Notes under the pieces: model-generated | Seen by the model: only the letters and a program-made list of their open reading frames with translations | Database searches by the model: none | What the model was told of the DNA's origin: nothing | Shown here: piece by piece, positions 40,982-51,005 of the stretch | Layout: every line of letters begins with the position of its first letter | How positions within the stretch are numbered: the stretch's first letter is position 1 | NCBI GenBank assembly: GCA_011364905.1 | Contig: RDNZ01000001.1 | Span: 64,001-128,000 of the forward strand | Length of the DNA: 64,000 bases | Direction: 5' to 3' | Source of the DNA: Candidatus Thorarchaeota archaeon | GTDB taxonomy: Archaea > Asgardarchaeota > Thorarchaeia > Thorarchaeales > Thorarchaeaceae | Translations under genes and position numbers: made by a program

Positions 40982-42241
40982 TCAGAGAACAGGAACAGAT
41001 ATGAGAAATGCCGCGCCTTTTCGCTCCTTCTCATCAAGAAGCTCAATAGTTCCGCCATATGACTCAACAATTCTTTTCGAGAGATAGAGACCAAGTCCTT
41101 TTCCTTCGCCTTTTGTAGTAACGCCTTTCTGGAAAATCTTTGGCCGAATGCTTGGTTCGATACCAGGACCATTATCTCGATATGTGATTATCAGCTGTTT
41201 CTCAACAAGTCCCAACCGAATTGTTACCACTGCGTTCGAGCCAACATAGTCAGCTGTGTTCCGAAGAAGGTTTTCTAACACAAGCGGCAGCAGAATCCCT
41301 GGACGTATATCAGCTGAACGAATGTCAGGTTCAATCACGATGCTGACCTTAGCGGCACTACTAGCCTGCTTAGCCCTGTCAGCCAAAGTCTGAACGGTTT
41401 CGAGAAAGTCGTATTCACTCGCTCGACCAACAACAGAAAATAGCTTGATGACGCGGGACATTCTTTCACTAACAGCAATCGACGTTGAGAGATATGATTC
41501 TTGATCCGGTGGAAGATTCAACTTCTGATGCAATAACTCGACAAGACCTCTCACAATCTGCATATCATTCCCTAAATCATGTGTGAGAACTGATGTGTAT
41601 ACTTCTAGCTCCCGTTGACGCTGCTCAAGGAACTGCTTATGTTCTTCAAGCTCCGATACATAATAATTTACAGACCAATTCAAAATGAGCACAACGAGAG
41701 ACAGAGCCGCCTGGTCAATTATTGGTTCTAACGCTATCATAAAATCGATACTAGGATGAACATTGCAGTAGATGACGAGTCCCAGAGTTTGTCCTGTAAT
41801 GAATACCCCTTCGATCTTAGCACTAAGCCATTGACTACCAAATAAGGCAGCGATAACTGGCCAAATGATTAAGTTCAACGACATCCTCATTGGTGATCTA
41901 TTGAACATCACCAGAAGGAAGAGATAAGGCATGGTTGCCATACTTAAAGTCGTAATCACACCTGCTGCTACGACATACTTGGTGCGGCTTAGGAGATAAA
42001 TAGCAAGGAAAATGCCTGTCGCACTTAAGAAAAGGAGAAGATTACTGAACAGAATACCAAGCCCAATTTGGACAATTGGCAGAACAATCACTATCAACAG
42101 CAGTGCAAATGAAAGAAGACGGGCCTTCATTCTCAATATATCAGAATGGACTAATTCTGATGGCTCAACCAGGATTTGGCGAACTCTCTGAGATATTGTG
42201 ACAGTATTCGAATGAGGTTCGTCATCTGCCATTCTCAACAT
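40982..42241 (-). CDS. Membrane sensor histidine kinase
   Basis: About 6 TM; H-box THDLGN, N-box ENLLRN, G1 DNGPGI, F-box IFQKG, G2 GKGLGL all intact. Confidence 0.92.
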   Translation of the reverse strand: MLRMADDEPHSNTVTISQRVRQILVEPSELVHSDILRMKARLLSFALLLIVIVLPIVQIGLGILFSNLLLFLSATGIFLAIYLLSRTKYVVAAGVITTLSMATMPYLFLLVMFNRSPMRMSLNLIIWPVIAALFGSQWLSAKIEGVFITGQTLGLVIYCNVHPSIDFMIALEPIIDQAALSLVVLILNWSVNYYVSELEEHKQFLEQRQRELEVYTSVLTHDLGNDMQIVRGLVELLHQKLNLPPDQESYLSTSIAVSERMSRVIKLFSVVGRASEYDFLETVQTLADRAKQASSAAKVSIVIEPDIRSADIRPGILLPLVLENLLRNTADYVGSNAVVTIRLGLVEKQLIITYRDNGPGIEPSIRPKIFQKGVTTKGEGKGLGLYLSKRIVESYGGTIELLDEKERKGAAFLISVPVL

Positions 42242-42393
42242 ATCCGAATTTTTCAGCGTGAATTCTCACTTAAATAAGACATGTAAGGTTTGGTGGGTTG
42301 TGTTAATGTGTATTTGACTAATCAATACGAAGAGAAAGACGAATAGAGAATGCGTCGTAGATTAGTTGCTATTTTTGGTTTCCATACTCCTCC

Positions 42394-44034
42394 TTAATCC
42401 TTGAGAAGTTTCGGTACATACTTCCAAACAACTGCAACCAAGATAGCCACAATGATTGCTTGGCTCAAGAGGCTAGCAATTTGCATCCCTGTGAAGAGCA
42501 TCACTGCCCCATAACCTACAAGGGGAGCAATTCCAACAATCGCCCCCACAGCGGCAGAAACAAGACCCATAGCTTGATCTGATGCCACATTGACAGCGAC
42601 AGCTCGGCCACCACCTCGCATACGAAAGACAGTTCCACCTACTGCCATACCAACTATGTATCCGCAGGGTATCTGAATAATAGGTATCAATAGGATGAGT
42701 GGAGTTATTGGGTTGTTGATTAGAACAATGAGGTCAATTGCGACCATGCTCAAAACATAAGGCACGAGTACGATTGAAGTCTTGCTTTGAAGGACGAGCC
42801 TTGAGCTTATCGGAAGTCCTTCATGTATGGACGCTCCTTGTGTGTCGAACATAAGAATTGATACAAGAGAGATTCCTCCGAATAGATTGGCATATTCAAC
42901 CGCAGCGAGCGTTGTTATGCTGCGTAGAAATCCTGCATCATCTTTCCAATTTTGGATCATTGGAAACAGCATTATGACAAGGAAAATTGGAATAGCAAAA
43001 ACAAATGCGGATCCGATGTTCCTGGTTGCCAATTTTAGGTCTTTTCGAATCATAGCTCTAAGTGGTGTAGTGGAATCGATTGCTATCTCCCGCTCTGAGA
43101 TGATTTGACTTGTAGAAACTCCGCTAATCGTTACTTCTCTAAGTGATTTTCCACTCCTACGATATGCCACGATCGCAATGAGGGTATAGAATCCTGTACC
43201 TATTGTTGAAGTAAGAAGAACACTTGAGGATGTGGGAAAGGCAATTGATGCTGCAAGAAAACCATATGAAAATGGAAAAATCAAAGATAGAATAGAGAAG
43301 GCGGTCTCACCCCAAACAGATGAGAGCTGAGTTATGAATAATATCATGCCAGGAAGATAACTGCTGAGACCATAGACACTGATCATACCGATGACAATAC
43401 CAAGAGAAGCAGCAATCCTAACAAAAGCGGAGCTTCTCGATTCATCTGATGAATGAGATTTCTTGTGGAACCATTTTGATATCCCAATCAATGCCCCTAT
43501 GGCAATCGAAACAGTGCTTGCGCATGCAACAAGAGCAATTAGTGAAACCAAGGGTCCGAATATAATGAGGCTGCCAATTGGAAAAATGGTCAGAGATAGA
43601 ATCACAGGCGCAAAGAAGACCCGAGCGAAAGTCATGAATGAAAGTTGTTCGAGGTCAGCCTTGCTAAGAGGCAAGGTGGCAGGTAGACTCATTACGCCTG
43701 ATGAGATCAATCCAGTTGTTGAGGTGAGATTAAGAAAGAATACAACTACAAAACTGAGTGCCAAATACACAGCAAAACCTACAGCTAAGCGAGGTCCCGG
43801 ATTTCCAAGAGAAACATCGAATGCAGACGCGGCAAGAGCAATTATAGCTATCATCGAAAGTATCATCGATGTCATGATATAGCTAATACGGCTCGATGAC
43901 TTGATTGACCGGGAAATCTTTTCAGGATTCTCCTTAATACGAGCAAGGTTAGATGGATTCATCTCTAAAAAAGCTTGAAATCGGGACTCTCGTGCAACCA
44001 CCCCAGCAAGTTTCCAACACTCTGAGAATTTCAT
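42394..44034 (-). CDS. ABC-2 type exporter permease
   Basis: About 12 TM in two halves; MIRKDLKL..R; ATGA overlap with the upstream ATPase gene. Confidence 0.8.
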   Translation of the reverse strand: MKFSECWKLAGVVARESRFQAFLEMNPSNLARIKENPEKISRSIKSSSRISYIMTSMILSMIAIIALAASAFDVSLGNPGPRLAVGFAVYLALSFVVVFFLNLTSTTGLISSGVMSLPATLPLSKADLEQLSFMTFARVFFAPVILSLTIFPIGSLIIFGPLVSLIALVACASTVSIAIGALIGISKWFHKKSHSSDESRSSAFVRIAASLGIVIGMISVYGLSSYLPGMILFITQLSSVWGETAFSILSLIFPFSYGFLAASIAFPTSSSVLLTSTIGTGFYTLIAIVAYRRSGKSLREVTISGVSTSQIISEREIAIDSTTPLRAMIRKDLKLATRNIGSAFVFAIPIFLVIMLFPMIQNWKDDAGFLRSITTLAAVEYANLFGGISLVSILMFDTQGASIHEGLPISSRLVLQSKTSIVLVPYVLSMVAIDLIVLINNPITPLILLIPIIQIPCGYIVGMAVGGTVFRMRGGGRAVAVNVASDQAMGLVSAAVGAIVGIAPLVGYGAVMLFTGMQIASLLSQAIIVAILVAVVWKYVPKLLKD

Positions 44035-44822
44035 TCAGCGAGTGCCTCCCTAATGACAGACACTCCTTCTTCAACTTCTTCCTCTTGTTCTGTTAGTTTT
44101 AGGAAAAGACTCTCAAGTGTTGCACCATCTTTGTGAGCTCTTGAACGAAGCTCGTCTAAAGTTCCTTCTGCAATCAAAAGACCCTCATCAATTATTCCAA
44201 CACGGTCACAGAGACCTTGGGCCACCTCCATAACATGCGTGCTGAGTAAGACTGATCCCCCATTTTCCGCATGAATCCTGACGATATCCTTCATGATTTT
44301 GGCTGAACGAACGTCCAATCCCGAGAAGGGTTCATCGAGTATCAGTAGTTTAGGTGCATGCAGTAAGGCGGCAATAAGCATCGTTTTCTGCTTGTTTCCC
44401 TGTGAAAGCGTCACAATCATCTTGTCATAGTGCTGGCTAAAATCAAGGGCCTTGGCGAACTCCTTTGCTCTCTTACTGGCTTTATCCGAAGGTAGTTGCC
44501 GTATTGAGGCAACAAAATCAAAAAGCTCACGAGGTGTTAATGAGTCGTACAACTGCTGCTCCTCAGGTACATATCCAACCATGCGTTTTACCTCTACAGG
44601 ATTATCCGTAGAGTCGATTCCAAACACGGTAGCAAGGCCAGAATCGGGATCCAGGAGACCCATGATCATTTTGATCGTTGTAGACTTTCCAGCCCCATTA
44701 GGTCCAAGCAGACCATAAATCTCGCCCTCGCGAACATCAAGTGAGAGCTCACTGACTGCAATCAGATCCCCAAAGGTCTTCACTAGATGCTCCAATTTAA
44801 CCGCAGACATTTTTTTCTTCAA
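44031..44822 (-). CDS. ABC transporter ATP-binding protein
   Basis: GPNGAGKST, LSQGNKQK, LILDEP, STH. Confidence 0.95.
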   Translation of the reverse strand: MKKKMSAVKLEHLVKTFGDLIAVSELSLDVREGEIYGLLGPNGAGKSTTIKMIMGLLDPDSGLATVFGIDSTDNPVEVKRMVGYVPEEQQLYDSLTPRELFDFVASIRQLPSDKASKRAKEFAKALDFSQHYDKMIVTLSQGNKQKTMLIAALLHAPKLLILDEPFSGLDVRSAKIMKDIVRIHAENGGSVLLSTHVMEVAQGLCDRVGIIDEGLLIAEGTLDELRSRAHKDGATLESLFLKLTEQEEEVEEGVSVIREALAE

Positions 44823-44909
44823 ACTCCATTCTTATGCTAAAGAGACTCTCAGATGCGTATTCTCTTCGGGAGAATATATAATGTTTAATAACTACGCGAG
44901 AAATCATAA

Positions 44910-45362
44910 TCAAAGGCCCTCCAATTCGTCTTGCTCGTAGCTATCGCCTCTTAGTTTCACTCTCCTTTTGACAAAGGTCCAGTAGCTGTAGAATACAATC
45001 CATCCAATTGACGGGATTGCTGCAAGGAGAAAGAACGCAGGCGCAGCAAAAAAGAAGTAGATGGTAATCAAACTCAGCATAAGTACATTGATCACCCAAG
45101 CTCTTCGTTGCCAACCGTAATTTGATACGACAGCCACTGCACGAAGAGCAGCAAAGCCTCTCGCATTCAAAGTGTAAAGCCCGTCCTTGTCGGTGGTCAC
45201 AACGGCTTGCATCTTCTTGAGATGAAAATCTAGGAGACCGTTACTTTTGATTCTCAAGGTCCGTTTCAGATCTGCAAACCTGAGAGGCTTATTTGCTAGT
45301 TCTTTCAAGATAGCGATTCTCATTGGATGCGAGATTGCTTCGAATACTTCATCCGAGGTCAT
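44910..45362 (-). CDS. ArsR-like winged-helix regulator with two C-terminal TM helices
   Basis: FEAISHPMRIAIL...LRFADLKR...LDFHLKKM...GLYTL, then two hydrophobic helices. Confidence 0.82.
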   Translation of the reverse strand: MTSDEVFEAISHPMRIAILKELANKPLRFADLKRTLRIKSNGLLDFHLKKMQAVVTTDKDGLYTLNARGFAALRAVAVVSNYGWQRRAWVINVLMLSLITIYFFFAAPAFFLLAAIPSIGWIVFYSYWTFVKRRVKLRGDSYEQDELEGL

Positions 45363-45406
45363 TTTTCTTCACTCAAAACATGGGCATGATTTGATATAAT
45401 CCTACG

Positions 45407-45430
45407 GTCATTGACTGCCCAGTCAATGAC
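45407..45430. promoter_or_regulatory. Perfect 11-2-11 palindrome GTCATTGACTG-CC-CAGTCAATGAC; candidate operator
   Basis: Directly upstream of the minus-strand TATA (about 45394-45400) of the wHTH-TM gene. Confidence 0.65.
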
Positions 45431-45678
45431 TGTTGACTATCTATTTGAGGACAATTATCTCATTTTCACAGGTTTTTAGATAATAGTGTGTTTGTCAGGA
45501 TGTTTCTATTGAAACCTGATGATGTATGTACCCTTCACTCACGGGTCGGGACCACTTTCTTATATCGCGAGAAACCTCAAGCTGACATCAGGCCGTACTT
45601 TCCCTTAATGCTGACCGACGGCATCTGGTTATCAGAAATGTTGACATACAAATTAAATACTGGAGGAGATTCCGAGCA

Positions 45679-46028
45679 TTGGGAGATGTGTTGGCAATAC
45701 GTTCTGCTGTACTCATGCTTGTCTTAATGTCGGTCGTGATTGTACCTTCCATTCATACTGCTGAAACTTTTGACTTCAGTGATTCTGAGTGGGGGTTTGA
45801 GGAGGGGAGCAAGTTCAATTACACTCTAAGAATGAGGATGCCACTCTTTGACATTGACATTTTGGAAAAAGTCACAGTAATAATAGAGTACGCGCCATCG
45901 CCACTCACAACAATTTCTTCTACCAGCTGCGAGCTGTAGGAGAAACCATCCTTACCATTACTGGCATAGCATACTTCGCACTTGCATTGCGAACAGGACA
46001 GGTAACTTGGTCCAAGGCGTCAGAGTAG
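45679..46028 (+). pseudogene. Probable internally deleted surface-protein remnant
   Basis: Signal-peptide-like start and short ectodomain stop at 45939. The -1 frame (45918-46028) encodes a TM-anchor-like segment, AVGETILTITGIAYFALALRTG. Confidence 0.45.
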
Positions 46029-46076
46029 TTCGAGGGAGATTGACTCGTCAAAATGTGACGAGAGATGGAAAATAAG

Positions 46077-46103
46077 AAGAGAAGAGAATGATTCTCTTCT
46101 CTT
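46077..46103. terminator. 13-bp inverted repeat, probable terminator between convergent genes
   Basis: AAGAGAAGAGAAT-G-ATTCTCTTCTCTT, followed by a pyrimidine/T run on the minus strand, just past the stop at 46120. Confidence 0.65.
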
Positions 46104-46119
46104 TCAGTTATTCTGAAAA

Positions 46120-47178
46120 CTACCTTCGCTTTACGACGAAGGCGATGCCAATAACGACGACAGCTCCACCAATGGCAACGGGCAGAAGATTGTCAGCTAG
46201 GAATGTAGGAAGTTGGAATCCTCCAGTAAGAAGAAGGTTCTCAAAACCAATCTTGGGATCATGGATGATTTCGTTGCCCTGTGGATAGTTCAAGTAAATG
46301 TCCTGTTCAGTAGCTGATATCTCATGAATGCTGGAGTTAACTTGATGAGATACACCGTCAATCATAGCTGTGTCTTTCCAAGAGAAGAATCCATTCACAT
46401 CAGTCACAGAAACGTCGACTGCAGACTCACCAACCGCTCGACCATCCTCTTCATCTTCTGTTACGCCATCATAGGAGGCTTCCGATTCTGAACTGAATTC
46501 GACTTTCAAAGCCAGCTGAGATGCGCTCTCAGTGAAGTTGAAACCACGAATCGCGACATCAATCTTCACTTGAGTAGGTGCGATTAATGATCCGTTGATA
46601 TCAGTGAATGCTCCGGCTGCGTAGATCTTGGCTTCAAACACACCATCAGTTGTCACTACATCGAAAACGTGAACTGGTCCATCAGCTGTGTTCTCCACCG
46701 TGTAGGCGATAGGATTGAAGCTGTTGAGCAGCAAGGTTTGGACTCCTGTATCAACATTGTCATCGTAGACACCATTGCCGTTCACATCGAGATATTCAAT
46801 GAGCTCTTTGAAATTCACCTCGAACTCGCGTCCGGTTTCATTGACGCCAGTTTCTGTTTCGAAGCCCACTTTGAATTGAACGCCATCGGATCCTACAACG
46901 ACTTCGATCTTGAAGGAATCTTCAGTGCCTCCGGATTCGAGTTGGGACTCTATCTCCGCGGAGAATGCCATGACATTGACATTGACCTCTCGATTGTTGG
47001 AATCATCCCCACTGCCATCATCACCTGCAGTGTGGGTGTTATCATCAGTAGTTGTGTTGTCATCCACCTGAGTGTTTTCATCTTCTGTGGTGGTCTGAGC
47101 TTTGACCCTCACAGCTGTTGTTAGCACTAAAATGAGCAACATCACAAGGATAGCTTTGTTGCGAGTAGGGTGTTTCAT
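46120..47178 (-). CDS. Acidic membrane-anchored secreted protein
   Basis: Signal peptide, D/T-rich N-terminal repeats, DVNGNGVYD Ca-loop-like motif, C-terminal TM plus KRR. Confidence 0.8.
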   Translation of the reverse strand: MKHPTRNKAILVMLLILVLTTAVRVKAQTTTEDENTQVDDNTTTDDNTHTAGDDGSGDDSNNREVNVNVMAFSAEIESQLESGGTEDSFKIEVVVGSDGVQFKVGFETETGVNETGREFEVNFKELIEYLDVNGNGVYDDNVDTGVQTLLLNSFNPIAYTVENTADGPVHVFDVVTTDGVFEAKIYAAGAFTDINGSLIAPTQVKIDVAIRGFNFTESASQLALKVEFSSESEASYDGVTEDEEDGRAVGESAVDVSVTDVNGFFSWKDTAMIDGVSHQVNSSIHEISATEQDIYLNYPQGNEIIHDPKIGFENLLLTGGFQLPTFLADNLLPVAIGGAVVVIGIAFVVKRR

Positions 47179-47353
47179 TGTTTAATCACTGAAACAACAG
47201 CCAAGAGTTTGTATATAACCAATGTTAAGGAACTTTCAATACTGGAAGAAAAAAAGAGGCCTCATAACCCTTATTTTCCTCTTTAAACCTTCACAACGCT
47301 TCGAAACCATTCTTTGCAAGTTCTTTCACAGGACCAAAGAAAGGCAAAGAGAA

Positions 47354-48547
47354 TCATCCAATGATGAGACTCTCTAGGTCTCGCGGATACTTTGTCAACA
47401 CCTCAATGCCATCATTAGTCACTACGAAACTATCGCTATGTCTGAACCCTCCGAGACCCTTTTCATAAACGCCTGGTTCGCACGAGAATATCATTCCTGG
47501 TCTAAGAACATCCTCATACCCCCTGTCCAAGAAAGGCCGTTCATGGCCTTCCATTCCAAGTCCGTGTCCAGAATGATGCCTTACAAGATGAATGACGCCA
47601 TGGTTCTTGAAAGCTTGTCTTGCAGCCTGATCTACATCTGAACAGTATACACCAGGACCTGCAGCCTCAAGAGCAGCATCCTGTGCGGCTAACATCGCTT
47701 CGAATAGTTCTTTCTGCCTTTCATTGGGCGAGCCCATGAACATAGTACGCTCCAATTCCGCTTGGATGCCATACACATCTGAAGATGCACCTGTGACTAG
47801 TGTATCACCTTTCTTGAAGACAAGTCCTCGAGAGAGTGCATGTGGGAAGTACGAGTTAGGTCCGACTTGCCCACGATACAGTGCAATGGCTGGAAACATA
47901 GTGAATCCTGTTGGATGATACTCATCTCCAAGCTCTGTCACCATGTCCTTAGAACCTTGCATACTGGCTCTAATTGTCACATCAATCTCGTTAACCCCAA
48001 CCTCTGTATATTCTTGGAGATACTTATGTGCTCTATCAGCCCATTTGGCAGACTCGCGCATCAGCTGTATTTCCTCAGGCTCTTTGATTACACGCATGTC
48101 CATTATGATATCAGGCAGTAGTTTGAACCTGAGACCTGTCACCTCTTCAAGTGACGGCCCTTTGTACCCCCACATTCCTGGGGCTCCAGGAGCTTCGGAA
48201 GCAACTCGATTGGGAGATAATTCGAGTTCATTCTTCAGAATTGCCGCTAGATGGTACATTGGATGTTTTTCATCAGGATATTCGAAGTATGAAAACACTT
48301 GAGAAACAAAGGGAACCTGATGCTGAACATTGTCTATCTCAAGTGAGGGGACAAAGAAATTCACATCTCCCTTATGAAGAATCAAGATAATTGGTCTCTC
48401 AGTAGGGATAAACGATAGTCCAGTGAGGTAAAAGATGTTCTTTGAGTTGAAAATCATGAAAGTCTCGACATCTTGTTTTTCAAGTTCTATGCACAACTTC
48501 TCGGTTCGCTTTTTGTGATGAGCTGGAGGTAGATGTGTAAGTGCCAT
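47354..48547 (-). CDS. Xaa-Pro aminopeptidase (M24B family)
   Basis: NIFYLTG, RVIKEPEEI, ELERT, HHSGHGLG, SCEPGVY, FRHSD. Start trimmed to 48547 to remove overlap with the kinase gene. Confidence 0.92.
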   Translation of the reverse strand: MALTHLPPAHHKKRTEKLCIELEKQDVETFMIFNSKNIFYLTGLSFIPTERPIILILHKGDVNFFVPSLEIDNVQHQVPFVSQVFSYFEYPDEKHPMYHLAAILKNELELSPNRVASEAPGAPGMWGYKGPSLEEVTGLRFKLLPDIIMDMRVIKEPEEIQLMRESAKWADRAHKYLQEYTEVGVNEIDVTIRASMQGSKDMVTELGDEYHPTGFTMFPAIALYRGQVGPNSYFPHALSRGLVFKKGDTLVTGASSDVYGIQAELERTMFMGSPNERQKELFEAMLAAQDAALEAAGPGVYCSDVDQAARQAFKNHGVIHLVRHHSGHGLGMEGHERPFLDRGYEDVLRPGMIFSCEPGVYEKGLGGFRHSDSFVVTNDGIEVLTKYPRDLESLIIG

Positions 48548-48629
48548 CTTTTGCGCACACTCTAGTGTATTATCAGTAAGTTCAACGCAATAAGGATTCC
48601 CAAAGAGTGGAGATTCTGCAATCCCAGAA

Positions 48630-50870
48630 TCAGTTGCTTTTAGAAAGCAATCTAATGGTGAACAGACGCCCCTCACAGACGTCCGTGCGTGCGTAAGTTT
48701 CCTTACTGAATTGTCCATTCAACGATTCAGTCATCAATTCTGCAGCAAGCAGGCCTAGTGTTCCGCTACTGTAGCCATCCTGTTCATCTGCCCTTCGACC
48801 AGGAGCTTTGATGTCGATTTCCCAGTAACTCTGACCAGAGTATTCAGCTTCATGAATAGCTATCCTAACGGTTTCGCCCCTCTTTCTGCACTCCAGTGCA
48901 CTATAGAGAATGTTAAGAAAGATATGCACAAGGAGATCATTTGCCATCACATAAGCATCGTATTCCTCTGATTGGAATTCCACAATGAGCTCGCCAGAGC
49001 CTATTCGCCTAGTGAAGATATCTAGCGCGCTCACTATTGTATCCACTAGGTTTGTTGGTTGCAGTTCGCTGAGTTTCAGATTATCAGCTTCACTAAGAAG
49101 TCGTACATTACTAATTAATTGCTCAGAGAATGAGATGACCTGACGTCCGTCTTCAGCAAGACGTTTCCGCTTTTCATTTGTCAAATCATTGGACCCAAGG
49201 AGTTCCAAAGACATCATCATCATCTGATTGTAATTTGACACATCGTGCATGAGGAGGTCTGCATACATGTTAGCGCGTCTGTGCGAATCCTCAACCTGAT
49301 GCATGGATCTGACATATAGCCAAATCAATAGAGGCGGCCCAGCAAGAAGCCCGACAAATAGGAGCACCTCTGAGATCCACCATCCGGGTGTCCATGCAAC
49401 ATAATACCCTTTGAGGGTGTTCGGGAGAATCCACATGTTCAAGAAGAATAGCACATACAGCTCCACCGGCGGTTTGCCTTTCGACCCTTCAGCAAGCATG
49501 AAGATGATGTATGCAAAAGCGAACATGATGAACAAGTTTGACCCAACTATTACTATGCTGCTCAATGGGCTCGTGCCTATTGAGGGCCATATCCCTATGG
49601 CAACTTGATTCACTATTTCTCCGAGTTCAATTGCTCCAACAAGACCAAGAATAACGAGAAGCAGCTGGATTGCTGAAGGAACCTTTTCTAGCTTGATTGG
49701 AGGTGTCCTTGTCCACCGGATAGTCAAGTAAAGAAGACCAATTGTGAGCAGACTTCCGACTGTGATTGGAGTGACGGGTTCTCCTTGCAAGGATTCGGAA
49801 AGGAGAAAACGGACCACAAGTGCTATTGCCACACCAGCCCACATGCCGAATAGAAGTATCAATGGATAATGATTCCAGTTTTCCTTTCTCTTCGGATAGA
49901 CATAGAGAAGAATTGCCATCATTATTGATAATGATGCAGCGCCAAGGTGAATGATGGAGTACGCCAGAAGATTCTCAAGCGGAGGGGGAGAAGTGAGAGA
50001 CATCTTTTCGATTGTGATGGTCAAAAGAAACGGGAGGTATGCAATCAGAATTAAGCCTATGACAATACCATAAGCGAATTTCCGGTTGTAACCTTGCTGG
50101 CGCAAGAAGGGTACACCCATAGCCAATGCTAGAAGCACATATGCAGCCATTTGCAATGTTTCTGGATATTCCCAGTTTGCTGTGGGATCGGGAAGAGTTG
50201 ATAGGAGCAAAGCTGCAGCGATGGAGAACAACAAGACAGAACTGATAAGATAGCCGGAGTCAAGTTGAAAACCATACTTCTTGATTTTGGGGATCATGAG
50301 TGCTATCAACAAAAAGCAGACGACGCTAATGCTGCAAAGTACCCAGCTCATGTCATTCAATAGCGTTGGAGTTATGAAATCCACAACGAGTAACGAAATC
50401 AAACCATAGACAATCAATGGTAGTAAGACGATTATGATTATGATTAGGCGGTTTGGAATTGCTTGCCTCCTTTGAGGGTCATCTTTAATGATGAATACGC
50501 AAGCAGCCATTAGAAGAACTGCCAGCATGGACAACTCCAAGAGGTCGGTGATCAATAGCGATGGTTCTCGCTGAACAGTTTCACCCGGTTCAAGGAGTAA
50601 ATGCCTCAGTGCGCTGCCTATATGAACAATCATTGGAAAAAGCAACGCTGTCATCAGGAGCATGTTTGGTCGATTCAGTTTCTCTTGATAGGCAAGTACG
50701 CTTAACGCTGCAGGTATCGCAATCCAGAATGCAATCATAGCATGGACACCAATTCTTGTGGCAGGTGTGTACGAAACGAAATTGCCCGGCCCAATAACAA
50801 ACGCGGCAGCTAAAGTCGCGAGAGGGACTAAGACTATGACTTTGACCAATGCTCGTCTTAATCCTCTCAC
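48630..50870 (-). CDS. Polytopic membrane sensor with HisKA domain and degenerate HATPase domain
   Basis: About 14 TM; H-box MHDVSNYNQ present; N-box NILYSA, G1 IKAPG, no F-box, G2 GTLGL. Confidence 0.8.
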   Translation of the reverse strand: MRGLRRALVKVIVLVPLATLAAAFVIGPGNFVSYTPATRIGVHAMIAFWIAIPAALSVLAYQEKLNRPNMLLMTALLFPMIVHIGSALRHLLLEPGETVQREPSLLITDLLELSMLAVLLMAACVFIIKDDPQRRQAIPNRLIIIIIVLLPLIVYGLISLLVVDFITPTLLNDMSWVLCSISVVCFLLIALMIPKIKKYGFQLDSGYLISSVLLFSIAAALLLSTLPDPTANWEYPETLQMAAYVLLALAMGVPFLRQQGYNRKFAYGIVIGLILIAYLPFLLTITIEKMSLTSPPPLENLLAYSIIHLGAASLSIMMAILLYVYPKRKENWNHYPLILLFGMWAGVAIALVVRFLLSESLQGEPVTPITVGSLLTIGLLYLTIRWTRTPPIKLEKVPSAIQLLLVILGLVGAIELGEIVNQVAIGIWPSIGTSPLSSIVIVGSNLFIMFAFAYIIFMLAEGSKGKPPVELYVLFFLNMWILPNTLKGYYVAWTPGWWISEVLLFVGLLAGPPLLIWLYVRSMHQVEDSHRRANMYADLLMHDVSNYNQMMMMSLELLGSNDLTNEKRKRLAEDGRQVISFSEQLISNVRLLSEADNLKLSELQPTNLVDTIVSALDIFTRRIGSGELIVEFQSEEYDAYVMANDLLVHIFLNILYSALECRKRGETVRIAIHEAEYSGQSYWEIDIKAPGRRADEQDGYSSGTLGLLAAELMTESLNGQFSKETYARTDVCEGRLFTIRLLSKSN

Positions 50871-51005
50871 TTTCTAATCTCCTGAAGATGCAAACGATAT
50901 CTTTGAACGTGAAAAGCCTTTCTTGCGCAAAGCCGAGGAAAAAAAGTCGAATTCTTGCGCTGAACAAAGAGCTATATAATCAATTCATCGAAGATATCAT
51001 ATCGT

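Noticed and set aside
45488-45727. 79-aa ORF or RNA element in the intergenic gap
   Set aside because: No recognisable protein pattern or convincing stems.
48548-48718. N-terminal extension of the M24 peptidase overlapping the kinase gene
   Set aside because: Artefact of choosing the furthest start; the ATG at 48547 gives normal family length.
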